A DNA stretch of 63,505 nt, filler included, from Folioceros fuciformis (Eukaryota): NCBI GenBank assembly GCA_049999805.1. It is 8 parts of 8 records of this genome, joined end to end, with 100 filler letters (N's around TTAATTAATTAA, not from the genome) between each part and the next. Parts side by side here need not be neighbours in the genome. Positions count along the whole stretch, not along the records: positions 6,940 to 12,421 come from JBNGIO010005330.1; positions 12,522 to 21,009 come from JBNGIO010005331.1; positions 21,110 to 28,662 come from JBNGIO010005332.1; 5 more parts are not named here. One strand, given 5' to 3'. A program made the translations under genes and the position numbers. Shown in pieces: positions 11,508 through 24,662 of this stretch. The first letter of the stretch is position 1. Every line of letters starts with the position of its first letter. The notes under the pieces are model-generated. The model saw only the letters and a list, made by a program, of their open reading frames with translations. It was not told where the DNA came from and did no database searches.

Positions 11508-11940
11508 TAGGCACATTCCTTTACTTGGAAGGGCCCCAGTACCTCCCCTACCGATTTCTACCTTCCAATCACNNNNNNNNNNCCGATTTCTACCTTCCAA
11601 TCACGTTCCTACCAATCGTGCAACACGTCTCGTCAGTAGGTAGGCACCATTCCTTTACTTGGAAGGGCCCCAGTACCTCCCCTACCGGTTTTTTCCTCCC
11701 TACACTCAATACCTTTTCCTCACAAGGCTCCCTACAACACCCTCCTCTACCCACAATCTAACTGCTCGTCTCCCTACACCCAGCAACCAACGAGTTTCCT
11801 CCGAGCCTACTCCGCTCCCTCCAACTCTGTTTATCGTTCGCCTACAACATTCAACCTTTCCCAGCGCGTACCTTCAACACGTCCAGTCATTAGGTAGGCA
11901 CCATTGCTTCACTTGGAAGGGCCCCAGTACCTCCCCTACC
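11508..11940. repeat. Three dispersed ~45-bp direct repeats TAGGCACCATTCCTTTACTTGGAAGGGCCCCAGTACCTCCCCTACC
   Basis: Copies at 11508-11552, 11641-11686 and 11895-11940. Confidence 0.9.
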
Positions 11941-12578
11941 AACTTCCAACTACCTACACCCAGCACCTTTCCCCACAAGTCTCCTCACAACACCTTCTAC
12001 ACGATCCAACTCCACATTTCCCTATGTCCAAGACTCCCAACCACACATCACAAGAACCTTTGCCATCGGCAACAAAAAGGGCACTCGCAGCCCCCCCTTC
12101 CGCCATGATGTCCACGTAGGCTTACGAAAATTGGTTCTCTATTCATCACGAAACACTTACAATCAAAGAATGGGGGCCTGGCTCAAGTTCTTTGTTCTAC
12201 TTATATAGGATGGTAGACGGCTTCCTACCTACCACTAGCCGCGGCCAGCTTTAACTACACACACCTACCAAGAGGCTAAGACCTACCAATAGTTGCTAAG
12301 GCAGTGCGCGCCGATGAAGATTAGGATTGTCGGTGCCGCCATAGAAGATTCGTTGACCCCCTTTTTCAAAAAGGTATGGCTAGGATGGCTCTTGAAGGGA
12401 GGCAGAGTCTGAAGGTTGAGCNNNNNNNNNNNNNNNNNNNNNNNNNNNNNNNNNNNNNNNNNNNNTTAATTAATTAANNNNNNNNNNNNNNNNNNNNNNN
12501 NNNNNNNNNNNNNNNNNNNNNCATCTTCCGCTGCTATGCTAGGTATGTCTAAGCAGCAATTAAACACATCTAGCAAAG

Positions 12579-13188
12579 ATGTCTCGGAGAAATAGGTATA
12601 GGCAATATAGGGCTAGGAACAACCAGGATCGTGTCACAAGCAGACCTACGGCAACACCAGCGTTGCTCAGATCCTCAAATTTTCCAGCCAGACAAGAACT
12701 GCCCTACCTTCGTTCTCCAGCCTTTAGAAATCCTTTCTTCCCAGATCTGCACAGGAATAGCGTGCCCTATACTTGTGCATCGAGCCTGGTTAGGTCAGGA
12801 AGGCAGAGAACAGCAAGCTTCTCCGAGACTGACAAATTTCAGACTAGGTCTTTCACCTGCAGAGTTGAACAGAATTTTGGGTCCTCTGCAAGAGCAATTG
12901 CTGGAAGACATAAATAGGGTTGAGAATACCACCTGGCTCAGGAAAAGGGAAATTGTGACCAACATTGACGTTGTCAGGATCCAATTGGAGCAGGTGACAG
13001 AAAGGCTGAATTGCATCCTTAGGTTGGAAAGCAAATCTATCGTTCACGGTCTAGAAGGCGAATCCCTTGGTCAAGGCTCCCGCTGCATGGCTAAACCCCA
13101 TCCATCCTCTTGCACCAGATCACAAATCCCTGGATCAGGAGTGCTAGATCTGAAACAACACAGCAGGAAATTGAAACGTCGCGTCTGA
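12579..13188 (+). pseudogene. Copia-B accessory ORF0 (probably one frameshift)
   Basis: MSRRNRYRQYRAR start in frame 12579; coiled-coil half in frame 12631-13188 aligns without gaps to Copia-E ORF0. Confidence 0.65.
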
Positions 13189-13476
13189 GAAAGGAGGCGA
13201 CATCAGCAGAATCGTGGCCAACTTTTGGTGCAGCCATCCGCGATCTACAGCCATCCTTGGCAACCTGATCTGCAGCAGCCCGATCCGGAGTGATCCTTCA
13301 GCAACTCGATCAGCAATTCTCAGCCGCGATCCCTAGCCGCGATCCTCAGCGGCACCATCTCAGCGATCCGTGACATCAAGAGGCGTATCTCCTATCTCCA
13401 GGCGTCGGCAGTCCACGAAACCCTTGACTTCTTTGCACAAGGATAAAAATAAGGCTACCTCGCCCGCGTTTTCTCC

Positions 13477-16400
13477 ATGGAGGAGAACATAGATCCGCTG
13501 CCAGATTCCATCACAAATCATGGAGTCGCTGGGGTTCTCTTTGGTGGACCAGCAGCGACCGACGCTTCCATAGCAAACCTCGCGTCCCTTTTCCAGGCTT
13601 TTGCAAGCTTTGCAGGCTTCAATTCCTCGGGGACGCAGACCCCTACCAGATCGCCTTCCACCAGAGCCGCCTCCACATCGCTAGGTCCCGGAGCCGCTGC
13701 CTCCACATCGCGAGGGTTTGGAGCCGCCGCATCCACTTCCACTTTTGCCCCAAGCACAGGGCCCGCAAATCCCCTGCCAACACAAGGAATTAAAGTTGGG
13801 AATCCTCTGCCCAGCCAGGGAGCAGGATTCGCCCCTCTCTGTCTTCGTTTGGAGTCGGATCTGGGTACCCCTATGCTGGACCAGGAGGCGGTTTTGGAGC
13901 GGGTCCTCCACCTCTGCGACCATTTGGAGCAGGACTCGGTAACCCAGGCACAGGTTTTAGTGACCTAGGAGCGGGACTCGGTGCCGGCTTTGGGAGTGGT
14001 TTGGGAGCAGGTCCTCTTCCTAACCCTTACCAGCAAGTCCCCCAACCCGGTGGTCTGCCTCCTCTTCCTCCGTATCCTCNNNNNNNNNNNNNNNNNNNNN
14101 NNNNNNNNNNNNNNNNNNNNNNNNNNNNNNNNNNNNNNNNNNNNNNNNNNNNNNNNNNNNNNNNNNNNNNNNNNNNNNNGTAGTGAGTGGGCAGTCTCCT
14201 CAACCTGCTGTCAATGCCAGCCAAATCGACAAGGATAGATGGGACAATGCCAACAATGTAGCGCGTGCCCTGTTGATTAGTGGCCTTGACGAGGTTTTGG
14301 TTCCTGACGTTGCTTTCCTGCTCAAGGCCGAGGACATCTGGAATCAGCTTTCACAAACTTATGATGTGAAAAACATACTGACACTGGTAGCAGTTCGAAG
14401 TGAGTTCTTTTCTCTTCGAATGTGGGACAACGATAAAGTAGCAGCTTTTGTGGCTAAGTTTCGACACTTACGTTCACAGCTTACCTCGCTTGGCTCCCCT
14501 ATGACAGATCTTGATGTTGTCGCCCAGTTGCTGACTAGTCTTCCCTCAAGCTATCAGCCGTTTGTCTCTAGCTATGGCGCATCCTTGCGTGATGCTGCTA
14601 AAGCCATGGCTGTCGGTCAACCAGCGTAGATCAGTTTAACAGATGTTGTTGGAGCCTTGTTTCAAGAAGAGCAGACACGAACTAGCTCACATTCCAACTC
14701 TGGCCGCACTAAGATGGATAAGGTACTTTTTAGCTCTAAATCTAGGCCAGGCAACTATAGCAAAACCAGATCTGGACACTCACCTGCAGCTGGTTCTTCC
14801 AAAGACTCCAAACCGGGCCAGATCAAACGCACCGGCTCGTGTAATTGGTGTGGTGCAGCTGGCCATTGGGAGAGGGAATGTTGTAAAAAGAAATCTGGGG
14901 AACCCAAACGAGCTGAGTCTTCTCAAAAAGGGGCTGCTACTCACACTGTCTCCAAGGCCAAATCTTCCTCTGGCCAGTCTGCCACCAAGCAGTCGGTGGT
15001 TTTAACAACTTGTTTGTCTACTTTTTCCAAGACAGATAATGCCTGGTACTTGGATTCAGGAGCAACGACACACATATGCCACGACAGGAGTTTGATCAAC
15101 AATTTCGTTCCTCTTCTTACCTCTGAGAGGGTGCTGCTCGGTGATGAACTCACCCGTTCAGGTTTGAAGATACTTGGCAAAGGTTCTTGCCATTTTCAAA
15201 ATTCCCGTGGCCAGCACTTCCAGCTTGATGATGTCCTTTACGTCCCTAATATGGCAAAACACTTGCTGTCCGTCAGTCAGCTGTTACGTACTAGTGCCTA
15301 CAATATCGCTTTTACTTCTACAGGCTACTGTATTTTTCACACAGATTCTAGCAAGTCCCTAGTTGCTCAGGGTCTCTTAGAACATGACCTGTATCGCCTG
15401 GATATGGTGTGTGTTCCTACTTGTCGCGCTCACCTTGTTGCTAAGTCGCAGGAAGCACTTGCCCAACTTTGGCATGCACGTCTAAGTCATGCCAATCAGG
15501 ACAAGTTAGTTCGGATGTCTAAGCTTAATTGTTATCGGGAACCTCTTCCCAAGTGCTTTCGAGAGTTACCTAGTTGTACAGCCTGCATTGTATCTAAGCG
15601 GAAGGAGTTGCTTTCCCTTCGACGCCTGCACATAGAACTTCCAATATTTTAGAACTTGTCCATGCTGACATTTCTGGGAAGATCCATGTTGCCTCTCTGG
15701 GTGGCTCTCTCTACTACTTGACAATTACTGACGACTATAGCAGATACTCTTGAACTTACCCAATGAAACGCAAGTCCGACACTTTTTAGTTCTTCCAGGA
15801 GTGGCTGGTTATGATCTAGCATCAAACAGGCTGCCTTCTCCGCTGCCTCAAGTCCAACAATGGGACTGAATTTGTTAATTCTGCCTTCAATGAGTACTTG
15901 GCAGCACATGGGATTACTCGTCAGTTTAGTATTCCTTACACCAGTAACAAAACGGGGTTGCTGAGCGTAGGAATCAAACTCTTCTTAATATGACCAGGAG
16001 TATGCTAACATGGTCTGGTTTGAGCAAGGCGTATAAGGCCAAGGCTGTCGTGACTGCTACATATATTCTCAACAGGTTGCTTACCTCAGCTTTGCCTGAT
16101 CGCACACCTTTTGAAGCGATGTGGCAGCGCAAGCCCAATCTCCTTCACCTTCGAGTTTTTGGCTCCCCAGCCTATGCTCTTATCCATCCTGAACAACGTA
16201 AGAAACTGGATGATAAAGCACGACCCCTTGTCTTTGTTGGCTATGGGGAGGAATCCAAAGCTTACAAGCTTTACGACCCGACTTCAAGGAGCCTGGTTTT
16301 TGCCCGCAGCGTCAGCTTTAGGGAACTTCACTCTCCTACCCCTTCCTTTGATGGGCTTGCTTCTGAGTTCCCCTCTCTGCCTGTGTCGTCTGCCTCTCTA

Positions 16401-18580
16401 GACACTGATGCGTATGATTCCCCTGCTGAGTATCCCCAAGATGTCTCTTATGAACTGCCTCATGCCTCTCCTATGCCTACTGGCCGTTCAGGGGGTGGAT
16501 TTGTGCAGCCTGGAGCTACATCTCAGCAACCCGGAGCTACATCTCAGCAGCCCGGCACTCAGTCACCACCCACTGCGCAGCCTCAACAGCTTGGGTCATA
16601 GCCTGGTTTACAGCCGTCACCGTCGCCAGCTTCAGTCCGATCTCCTATCACCATTTCAAGTCCAGCTAACTCAGATTTACACTTATCTGTTGAAGAACTT
16701 GATGATACTCTCGCCATGGACGTGATAGGTGATGCAGTCTCCGCTACTGATGAACCCGAGCCTGTAGATCCTGTCATGGATAGTCATGAGACTCTGGACG
16801 TCATGGCTGATCCTTCTTCACCTACTTCCGAACATGCGCAGGTGGATGAACAAATTTACACTCACCTCGAGCTTGAACCCGCTGAAGTAGAGTTGCCTCC
16901 TCAATCTGAACCTGTTGAGGAACGCAGATACCCCAGCAGGTCACCCCCATCTCGAGACTAGTGGAATGAACGGCCCTACCAGCCGGAAGACTTTAGGCAG
17001 CCTCGTTCAGCCCGACTTTGTGAAGCCTTCTCCACAAGCATCGTCCATCCTGCTAAGCCACGTACATACAAGGAGGCAGTGAATGGCAAGGACAAACACC
17101 ATTGGATCCCTTCTATCCAAGATGAGTATGATTCACTTTTTAAGAATGGAACTTGGGAATTATGTCCCTTGCCCGCTGGACGTAAAGCTGTTAGTTGTAA
17201 GTGGGTTTTCAAACATAAGCTCAATGTACAAGGAGAAATCGCCAGGTACAAAAGTCGTCTTGTAGCCAGGGGATTTTCTCAAGTTGCTGGTGTGGATTTG
17301 CACGAGACTTTCAACCCCGCGGTGAAGACACAGTCCATCTGGATGATGCTAGCCCTTGCAGCAGCCAAGGACTAGGATCTCAAACAGATGGATGTGTCTA
17401 CAGCTTGTCTCTACGGAGACCTCGAGGAGGGTATCTATATGGAACAGCCTGAGGGTTTCGTGGATCCTGCACATCGCACCTGGGTATGTAAGTTGAAGAA
17501 AACGATTTACAGTTTGAAGCAAAGTGCCCGAGAATGGTATAAGTGTATCGACAAGTACTTGAAGTCCATTGGGTTCATCCAAAATCCGGCTGATGCTAAC
17601 GTGTACATCTACAACAAGGGTGGTCACATGGTTATATTAGCCCTCTATGTTGACGACGCTATCCTAGCCTCTAACAACAGGGAGCTCTAACCTTTGTCCT
17701 CGGCGTGCAGCTTATTCGCGACAAGGCTCATCGCACCCTTATCCTTCATCAAACAAAATATATTGGTGAGACTCTTCGACGTTTTAACCTACAGGATGCC
17801 AAACTAGTGAGTACACCTGGTAGTGTTGGTTTGAAGCTTACCTCTGTGCAGAGCCCTCAGGATGACGCAGACCGCGAGCTTATGCGCCTGGTGCCTTATT
17901 GGCATGCTGTTGGGTGCCTCAACTACATTAGCTGCTGGACCCGACCCGATATCCAGCATTCAGTCTTTGCTGTCTCACAATTTCTTGAGGATCCTGGTCA
18001 GGTGCACTGGGTAGCCGTTAAAAGAATACTGCGTTACCTCAAGGGTACCTCCACATATAGACTCTGCTTCCGAGTTGGAATAGATGAAGCTGTCAGCCTT
18101 CAGTGTTTCTGCGACGCAGATTGGGCCACCGATCTTGATCACCGCCGCAGTCTCTCTGCCTATTGTTTCCTCTTGTCAGGTGTAGTTGTTAACTGGAGCT
18201 CCAAGAAACAAGTTTCAATAGCGTTGTCCTCAACCGAGGCAGAATACAAGGCCCTTACAGATGCAGCCAAGGAGGCTGAGTGGGAACGCTCTTTCCTTGG
18301 TGGTTTGAACTTTGTGCAAAAGGACCCTACTGTGGTTTACTGTAACAATATGTCCACTATTGCCTTGGTAGGGAATCCGCGCTTCCACGCTCGGACCAAG
18401 CACATCGAGATACATCACCACTTTGTTCGACACTCAGTGGAGAGGAAGGTGGTTAGCATTGAGCACGTCCCCACTGAGCTGAATACTGCGGATGTGCTCA
18501 CTAAAAGTCTACCCACGCTGAAGCATAACTTCCATGCTGAAGCTCTTGGTCTGGTGGACTACATAACCTTCCAGCCCTAG
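13477..18580 (+). pseudogene. Copia-B gag-pol pseudogene
   Basis: CNWCGAAGHWEREC, WYLDSGA, YVDD and CDADW in successive ORF fragments; short in-RT deletion near 17690. Confidence 0.92.
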
Positions 18581-20908
18581 CAACAGACAACACCAAGATG
18601 GTTCGGCTGGATGAAGCTTTGCTGCTCTACCCAATCGACCGTACTCACTCCGCGCTAAATGTCTATCACCTAACCAGTGCCGTGGTTAAGGGGGTGTGTT
18701 AGAAATAACCCCCGTTAGGGTTATGTATTTGTAACCAGCGTCATGGTTAGTATAGTTTAGGTTAATTATCCAAAGGTCACTTAAAGTGATATATAAGACA
18801 CAACCTTTCCTTGTAATTATTGATTCTTTATTCATTGTTGTTTTGTACAATGCGTTGGCTGCTTTGCCTAGCAACTTGCATTCTTCACAGTTTTCTACCC
18901 ATACCTATACGGACCTCTATATTCTTTGGAGACAATCATGGATCACGAGAATTCAACTCCTTCATTCTTTGTGCGACATTCTCTTGGTTTCTCCACGAAA
19001 CCTAGAGGTAAATGTTGTGGCGATGTCAAGGAAGGCACAAACTTCATCATGGCTTTCATGGAAGCCATCATTGAGCACTATGTGATAGAAGCGTGATGAA
19101 CATGCTAACAAGCGTGATTTGCAAGCCCAAGGGCATGGAGGTTCCGCAAATAACCGTATAAGGATGGGAGGAAAGATTCCAAGGTCCCCCAAGTCTATAA
19201 AAAGCGCTAGTTGTCTTGATCATTTCATGCTTTCCGTATGCCTGTCTAATGCTTTCAATCAAATGCCAGGTATCGTCTTCAGCAACATCCTGATTGCTTG
19301 TCGGTGACTATATAAAACTGTTTCTGAGAGCATTTTCTTTCTTCTTCCTTTCTACGCATTAATTCATGCTTGGTAAGAGAGACCTCTTACCGCAACCTGA
19401 TGTGCATGAACAAATGATTGGCTCATGGATGCTATGGGTAGGGAGGGAAGAACGTGTTGCACTGTGCTTTCATACACAGCCCCAACTCTAGGTTTGAAGA
19501 AGTACAAAGTGGTGGTCTTTTGGTTTTCACATCGTTCGTTTTCATCTTTAGGATGTATATTTCAGTTTTTGAGCAACCAAAGCTGGAACAAGATGTCACT
19601 CACTCAAATCGCATTTGGAGCTCCTCAAGAGCCTCCATGTAACGGTGACACTAAACAAAACCGAGCGGTAGGTCACTAGATGGTCACTCATTGCCGCTGT
19701 GGTGCATTAGACGAACGACATCGTGCGAACCCATCGTCACCCGTGGCTAAGGCCACCACATGCCTTCATCGACACTTGCTTAACAAAAACAAATACGAGT
19801 AATGATCATGCCTCATGAAGTTAGGACGAACTCTTCAAGAGTGCTGATCGTTAGGAACTCATTTTTTATCGAACTTGGCCCACTGCGAGAAGAGTATTGG
19901 ATCGATCATGGTGTGTGCTAGTCCTCGGGATTGGAAATTTAATGACAGAAATACAGCAAAAGAGAATAGTAGGATGGGGTTGATTGTGCGAAGCCATGAT
20001 GTATACCAGATTTAGCCCTTGCGGCCCGGTGACGGAAATGTATCGTGTGCAAGCTTCCAAGCATGGCCTGAGGTTGGCCCTCGAGTCCCCAGTACAACTT
20101 TCACCCCTAAAGGCCCCGTCTTGCCTCTCCCTCAACAGAGCGCAGTGTGCAATCACATGGTTGTTGGTGCAAGTTTAGGGAGACGCCATTGGATGCTAGG
20201 GAATGGGAAGGGACTAGGCAACGCTGACTCCCATGACTGTGTGCATCTAAAGACGCTTAAGATCACAGTCCCCCTTGGTAGACTATACAATGTCATACAT
20301 GTGGACCATCCCAATGAAAGGGGCTGTATGCTTGTCACACAGATCACATCTGCAGATAGAATTGCAGTGGAGTTGTGTGTGCCCTTCTCCATGCTGGTGG
20401 GTGCGAAGTATGATGGATCTAGGTTCGTGCATGGAACCATAGTAGCAAAGATAATGGAGGCTGTCTCGTTCGTATAGTTTGCCACGGAGCAGCTTGGTGC
20501 CGGGGTGCTTCATTGAACAACATGAGCGACTCCTAGCTCGCAAAGTTGTTAGCCTTGAGCAGACAACTTTGCGAGCCAGGAGCGAACAACTTTAGTTGCA
20601 GCACCCACAGGCTTGGAGCCCAAGACTCAGGAAGAAGCAGACCACATGCAGCTAGTCTGCCTGGTGGCACAACTGAACTACAACAAGTAACACGGTATTG
20701 GACCGTCTGGCATTAAGCGGCCTCCTTCAACCTGGGACAAAAGAAGGGGAGAGATCCTCGTTCGCCCAGCCCACACTGCCTATCGAAGTGGTTCTACCCC
20801 TGACTCTCGACCGACTCCTGCTTCCACCTAGGAAGAAGAGGACTGACGAAGAGCCCTACCTTGTTCGGTAGTCCTAGAGGACTTAATTTGTTGAGTTTCA
20901 TGGATTTA

Positions 20909-21009
20909 TGTGAACCTCCAAAGTTTGGGGTAGTAGTTTGTTTTGGTTGAAAAAGGGTTAATAGTGGTATGGTTTGGTTTTCTTTTTCTACTTCTTTTCC
21001 CTAATTTTT
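20909..21009 (+). repeat. TGTGAACC-family LTR terminus (copy 2)
   Basis: Near-identical to the reverse complement of ~7136-7236. Confidence 0.8.
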
Positions 21010-22834
21010 NNNNNNNNNNNNNNNNNNNNNNNNNNNNNNNNNNNNNNNNNNNNTTAATTAATTAANNNNNNNNNNNNNNNNNNNNNNNNNNNNNNNNNNN
21101 NNNNNNNNNTCCTCTTCAACAAGCACCAGACCATGTTGATTTATTTGATGATCCGCCAGCTGGAGTACCTGTCCATGAGGCTTCAGTACCTGTCCAGATT
21201 GAACCTTCCTTAGTTCCTCAAGAAAGCAGGTACCCTAGCAGGTCTCGTCCTCAAGAGAGCATTGGAGAGAGCCACCTTATCAGTCTGTTGACTATAGATC
21301 TACTAGGTCGGCTAGGTTAGCTGAGTATTCCTTCTTGCAGTCACTGACTAGCCATCCCTCTGAGCCTGGATCATACAAGGAAGCTGTCAGTAGTGCAGAC
21401 AAAGATCATTGGATTCCGTCAATACAAGATGAGTACAACTCGTTGATGAAGAACCAAACTTGGGAATTGTGTCCACTTCCTGCAAGCAGAAAAACAGTCA
21501 GCTGCAAGTGGGTTTTTAAACATAATCTAGATGCAGAAGGCAAGATAGCTCGTTACAAATCCCGTTTGGTAGCACGTGGTTTCTCCCAGGTTGCAGGTAT
21601 AGATTTCCATGAGACCTTCAGTCCTGTAGTGAAAACCCAGTCTATTAGAATGATTTTAGCACTAGCAGCTGCACGTGATTGGGACTTGGAACAAACGGAT
21701 GTCTCTACTGCATTTCTCTACGGCGAGCTGGAAGAAGACATTTTTATGGACCAACCTGAGGGCTTCGTCGATTCTGAGCATCCCGACTGGGTCTGCAAAC
21801 TCAAGAAGACCCTTTACGGCCTCAAGCAGAGCGCTAGGGAATGGTATAAATGTATTGACAAATACCTCAGATCCATCGGTTTCACTCAGAACCTTGTTGA
21901 CGCAAATGTTTACATATACTATAAAGGAGGCCACCTAGTTGTCCTTGCGCTTTACGTCGATGACGCCATCCTGGCGTCAAATAGCAAAGAACTGTTATGC
22001 TAGGTCAAGCAAATGCTGCACAAACAGTACGATGTGAGAGACATAGGTCAACTTACCTTTGTGTTAGTTGTCCAGCTCCTCCGAGATAGAGCCAACAAAA
22101 TTCTAGTACTTCATAAGACCAAGTACATTGATGAGACTCTACGTCGTTTCAACTTAGACCAAGCGTAAATCTTTCGTTATCGAAGACTAATGTATACTCA
22201 TGCGCTCCCTTCAACATTTCCTTCCAGACCTCATAGCAAGCAACCAACAAGTTGCAGACCCAGCCAGCCATAGCTCCTACTACAAAAGGAAGGAAGGAGA
22301 AAAATTCAGCCTACTTGGTTACTGTGATGCGGATTGGGCTGCTAACTCTGATACAAGAAAATCAATCTCTGCATACTGTTTCAAGTTGGTTGGAGGAGTA
22401 GTCACTTGGTCGAGTAAAAAGCAAACCTCAGTCTCACTATCATCAACGGAGGCTGAATACCAAAGCAGCTAAAGAAGCTATCTGGTTAAGAAGATTACTT
22501 AAGGATTTTCAACAACCATAGTTTGAACCTTCAGAAATCTCTCCTTTTATGTGATAACCAATTAGCTTTGGCTCTTGCTAGAAACCCTATATATCATGCT
22601 TGGACCAAACACGTGGAAGTGCACCACCATTTTATAAGAGATGCTGTTAATAACAAGGAGATCAAGCAAGAATACTGTAAGACAGACAAGAACTCAGCTA
22701 ACTTGCTGACTAAACCACTTTCAAAGGAGAAACACTAGACTCATAAGGAAAATCTCAGCATGGTAGACTATTCAGCAAATCAAGTGACTAAATGATGAGC
22801 AATTTCACCAGCTATCCTGGCAGTGGAGGTAAAG

Positions 22835-23460
22835 CTAAGTCAATTCAAAGTCACATGTGTTAGTGGATAAGTAGATAGTGTCTTCTTTGTCGTCACTTTC
22901 TAGCTCAGTTTGGTACAACTCATCTTCATAGAAGTCTATCTCAGGCTTCTACACCGTAATCTTGATATGATGGCAATTGTAGCACTTCACAGCTCCTGTA
23001 TAATAAGGCACACACACAAGTCAGTAGTTAGTAAATTCCAACTCAGTTTATAGCAAAACATAACAAAAGTGTGCATACTATCTGCTATAACTCACTGTAG
23101 AAGGAAATGATTTGCTGTCTTGGTTGCATGCCCCTCCATATCTCAAAATCAAGCCTTGATATCCATAGTTCAGTCTCTTGGCAGTAGTACGCTCTTGGAC
23201 TGCCTGGATCATTCATGTTTCCCCTAGTGAACAGCCCTTGAACGAAGATAGATCCCTTGGGCAGCAGGTGATAGTAGAGACAAGGTCGCGTCCTTTCTCC
23301 ATCCTACAGCGGATGAATCCACTTGATTATAACAGCTGGTTGAGGAACAGGGCGCACTACAACAGCGTTGTCATCACAGGGCAAGAAGGATCAACAATCT
23401 ACTGGATTTTGCAGCAATATTCTCAGAAGCCTGTAGAGATTTAGCAGGAGTAGCCATCCT
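22835..23460 (-). pseudogene. Spliced antisense gene relic in the 3' region of Copia-C
   Basis: Minus-strand intron 23095-22996 (GTGAGT...CTAAC...TACAG); splicing joins ...QQIISFY to RAVKCYNCHHIKIT... in frame; internal TAG stops. Confidence 0.5.
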
Positions 23461-24564
23461 GGCCCATTCTCAACACCAGCATGTAAAACAGGAGCACGCG
23501 AACTCAGGGTTGATGGTACTTCAAGCGTGCAAGCTCAGTTGAGATGTGGGGGTGCTCCATGGGATCTGATGTGAGGGCGCCTCGGACTGTGCAACCCGCA
23601 TCCACGACACAAAGCCCGTTTGAGTTTTGGTCATATACGATGCAAAGAGGCTTTGGGGTTTTAGTATTTGGGGTTTATGTATTTTCATTACTATTCTAAT
23701 TTGTTAAATGCCAAGAAATTGTGTGGAGTGATTTCTTACACCCAAGAACCACCAAGGGGCCACACTTCTCCTTATTATCGTTGCAGTCTTATGATTCGCT
23801 CCCAAGGGAGTGAACTAGTGTCAAGGTTTCCTCCAATTCCCTAATCTCACCCTATTTATCAGCCGGTTCCTAGCCCTGACCACGCTACAACAAAAAGGTC
23901 AGAATCCCTAGCCTATCTTTAGCTCAGCCCACCGATTCCACTCTCCAGCACTTTAGCCCTTCATTTTAATCTTTCACTTCCTCACTTCAGTCCTTCACTT
24001 CTTCACTTCACTTCACACGTCAGCACTCCAGCACTTCATCTAGACTTGAGCACTTCTCTTCAACTCACTTCAACACTTCTCTTCAACTCACTCCAGCACT
24101 TCAACACTTCTCCTCAACTCACTCCAGCACCTCACTTCATCTTCTACTCCAAAAATCTGCAGTTCAACCTGGAATTGAGGACACAATAACTTTTCCCCTT
24201 GCAGTCTTCAAGGCAGAGGTATGAGGATTAGGGCTGGATAGCCTCCTTGGCTCACGGCCTTGCCACTTCACCTCAACCGACTTGCAAAATGATCAGCCAT
24301 TGCGGATCTAGCCACACGGATCTAGGTAGTCTAGGGATCCACCACATCCCCCTAATGGCAAGGGGGATCAAGCCCTTGGTTAGACTCACACCGGATTAGC
24401 CACTCTAATCCAAAACCTACACACAAGGTCAAGGGAAATCACACCGTAAGACCAACCCCTTCTCAATGGCAAGTTCGGCCTTTTATACTACCCTAGCCCA
24501 GGACCCCATCTCTGTCTACTAGGGTTAGTCTCAGTCCACTGCCGACAGTCTTTCTCTCCGACCT

Positions 24565-24662
24565 AGCCTATCCCTAATTCTGACCTAAACCTAACTCTAA
24601 CCTAACCCTAACTCTGACCTAAACCTAGCCCTAATTCTGACCTAACCTTAATCCCGACCTAA
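24565..24662. repeat. Degenerate CCTAA/CTCTAA/CTGACCTAA short tandem array inside the solo LTR
   Basis: Telomere-like short repeats; similar tract at ~27595-27630; CACTTC-rich array at 23970-24140. Confidence 0.8.

Larger units (their letters stand above)
12522..18887 (+). mobile_element. Ty1/copia element Copia-B, degenerate, 5' LTR lost in gap
   Basis: gag-pol 13477-18580 closely related to Copia-A with stops and frameshifts; PPT context CGTGGTTAAGGGGGTG identical to A; 3' LTR starts TGTTAG 18697, probable end TTCTTCA 18887. Confidence 0.92.

Noticed and set aside
18890-20500. Possible MULE/SWIM or other gene relic, including ORF 20019-20477
   Set aside because: Only a faint resemblance (KSASCLDHF); too decayed to name without a search.
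24565-24662. Interstitial telomere
   Set aside because: Units are degenerate rather than CCCTAAA arrays and lie within an LTR.
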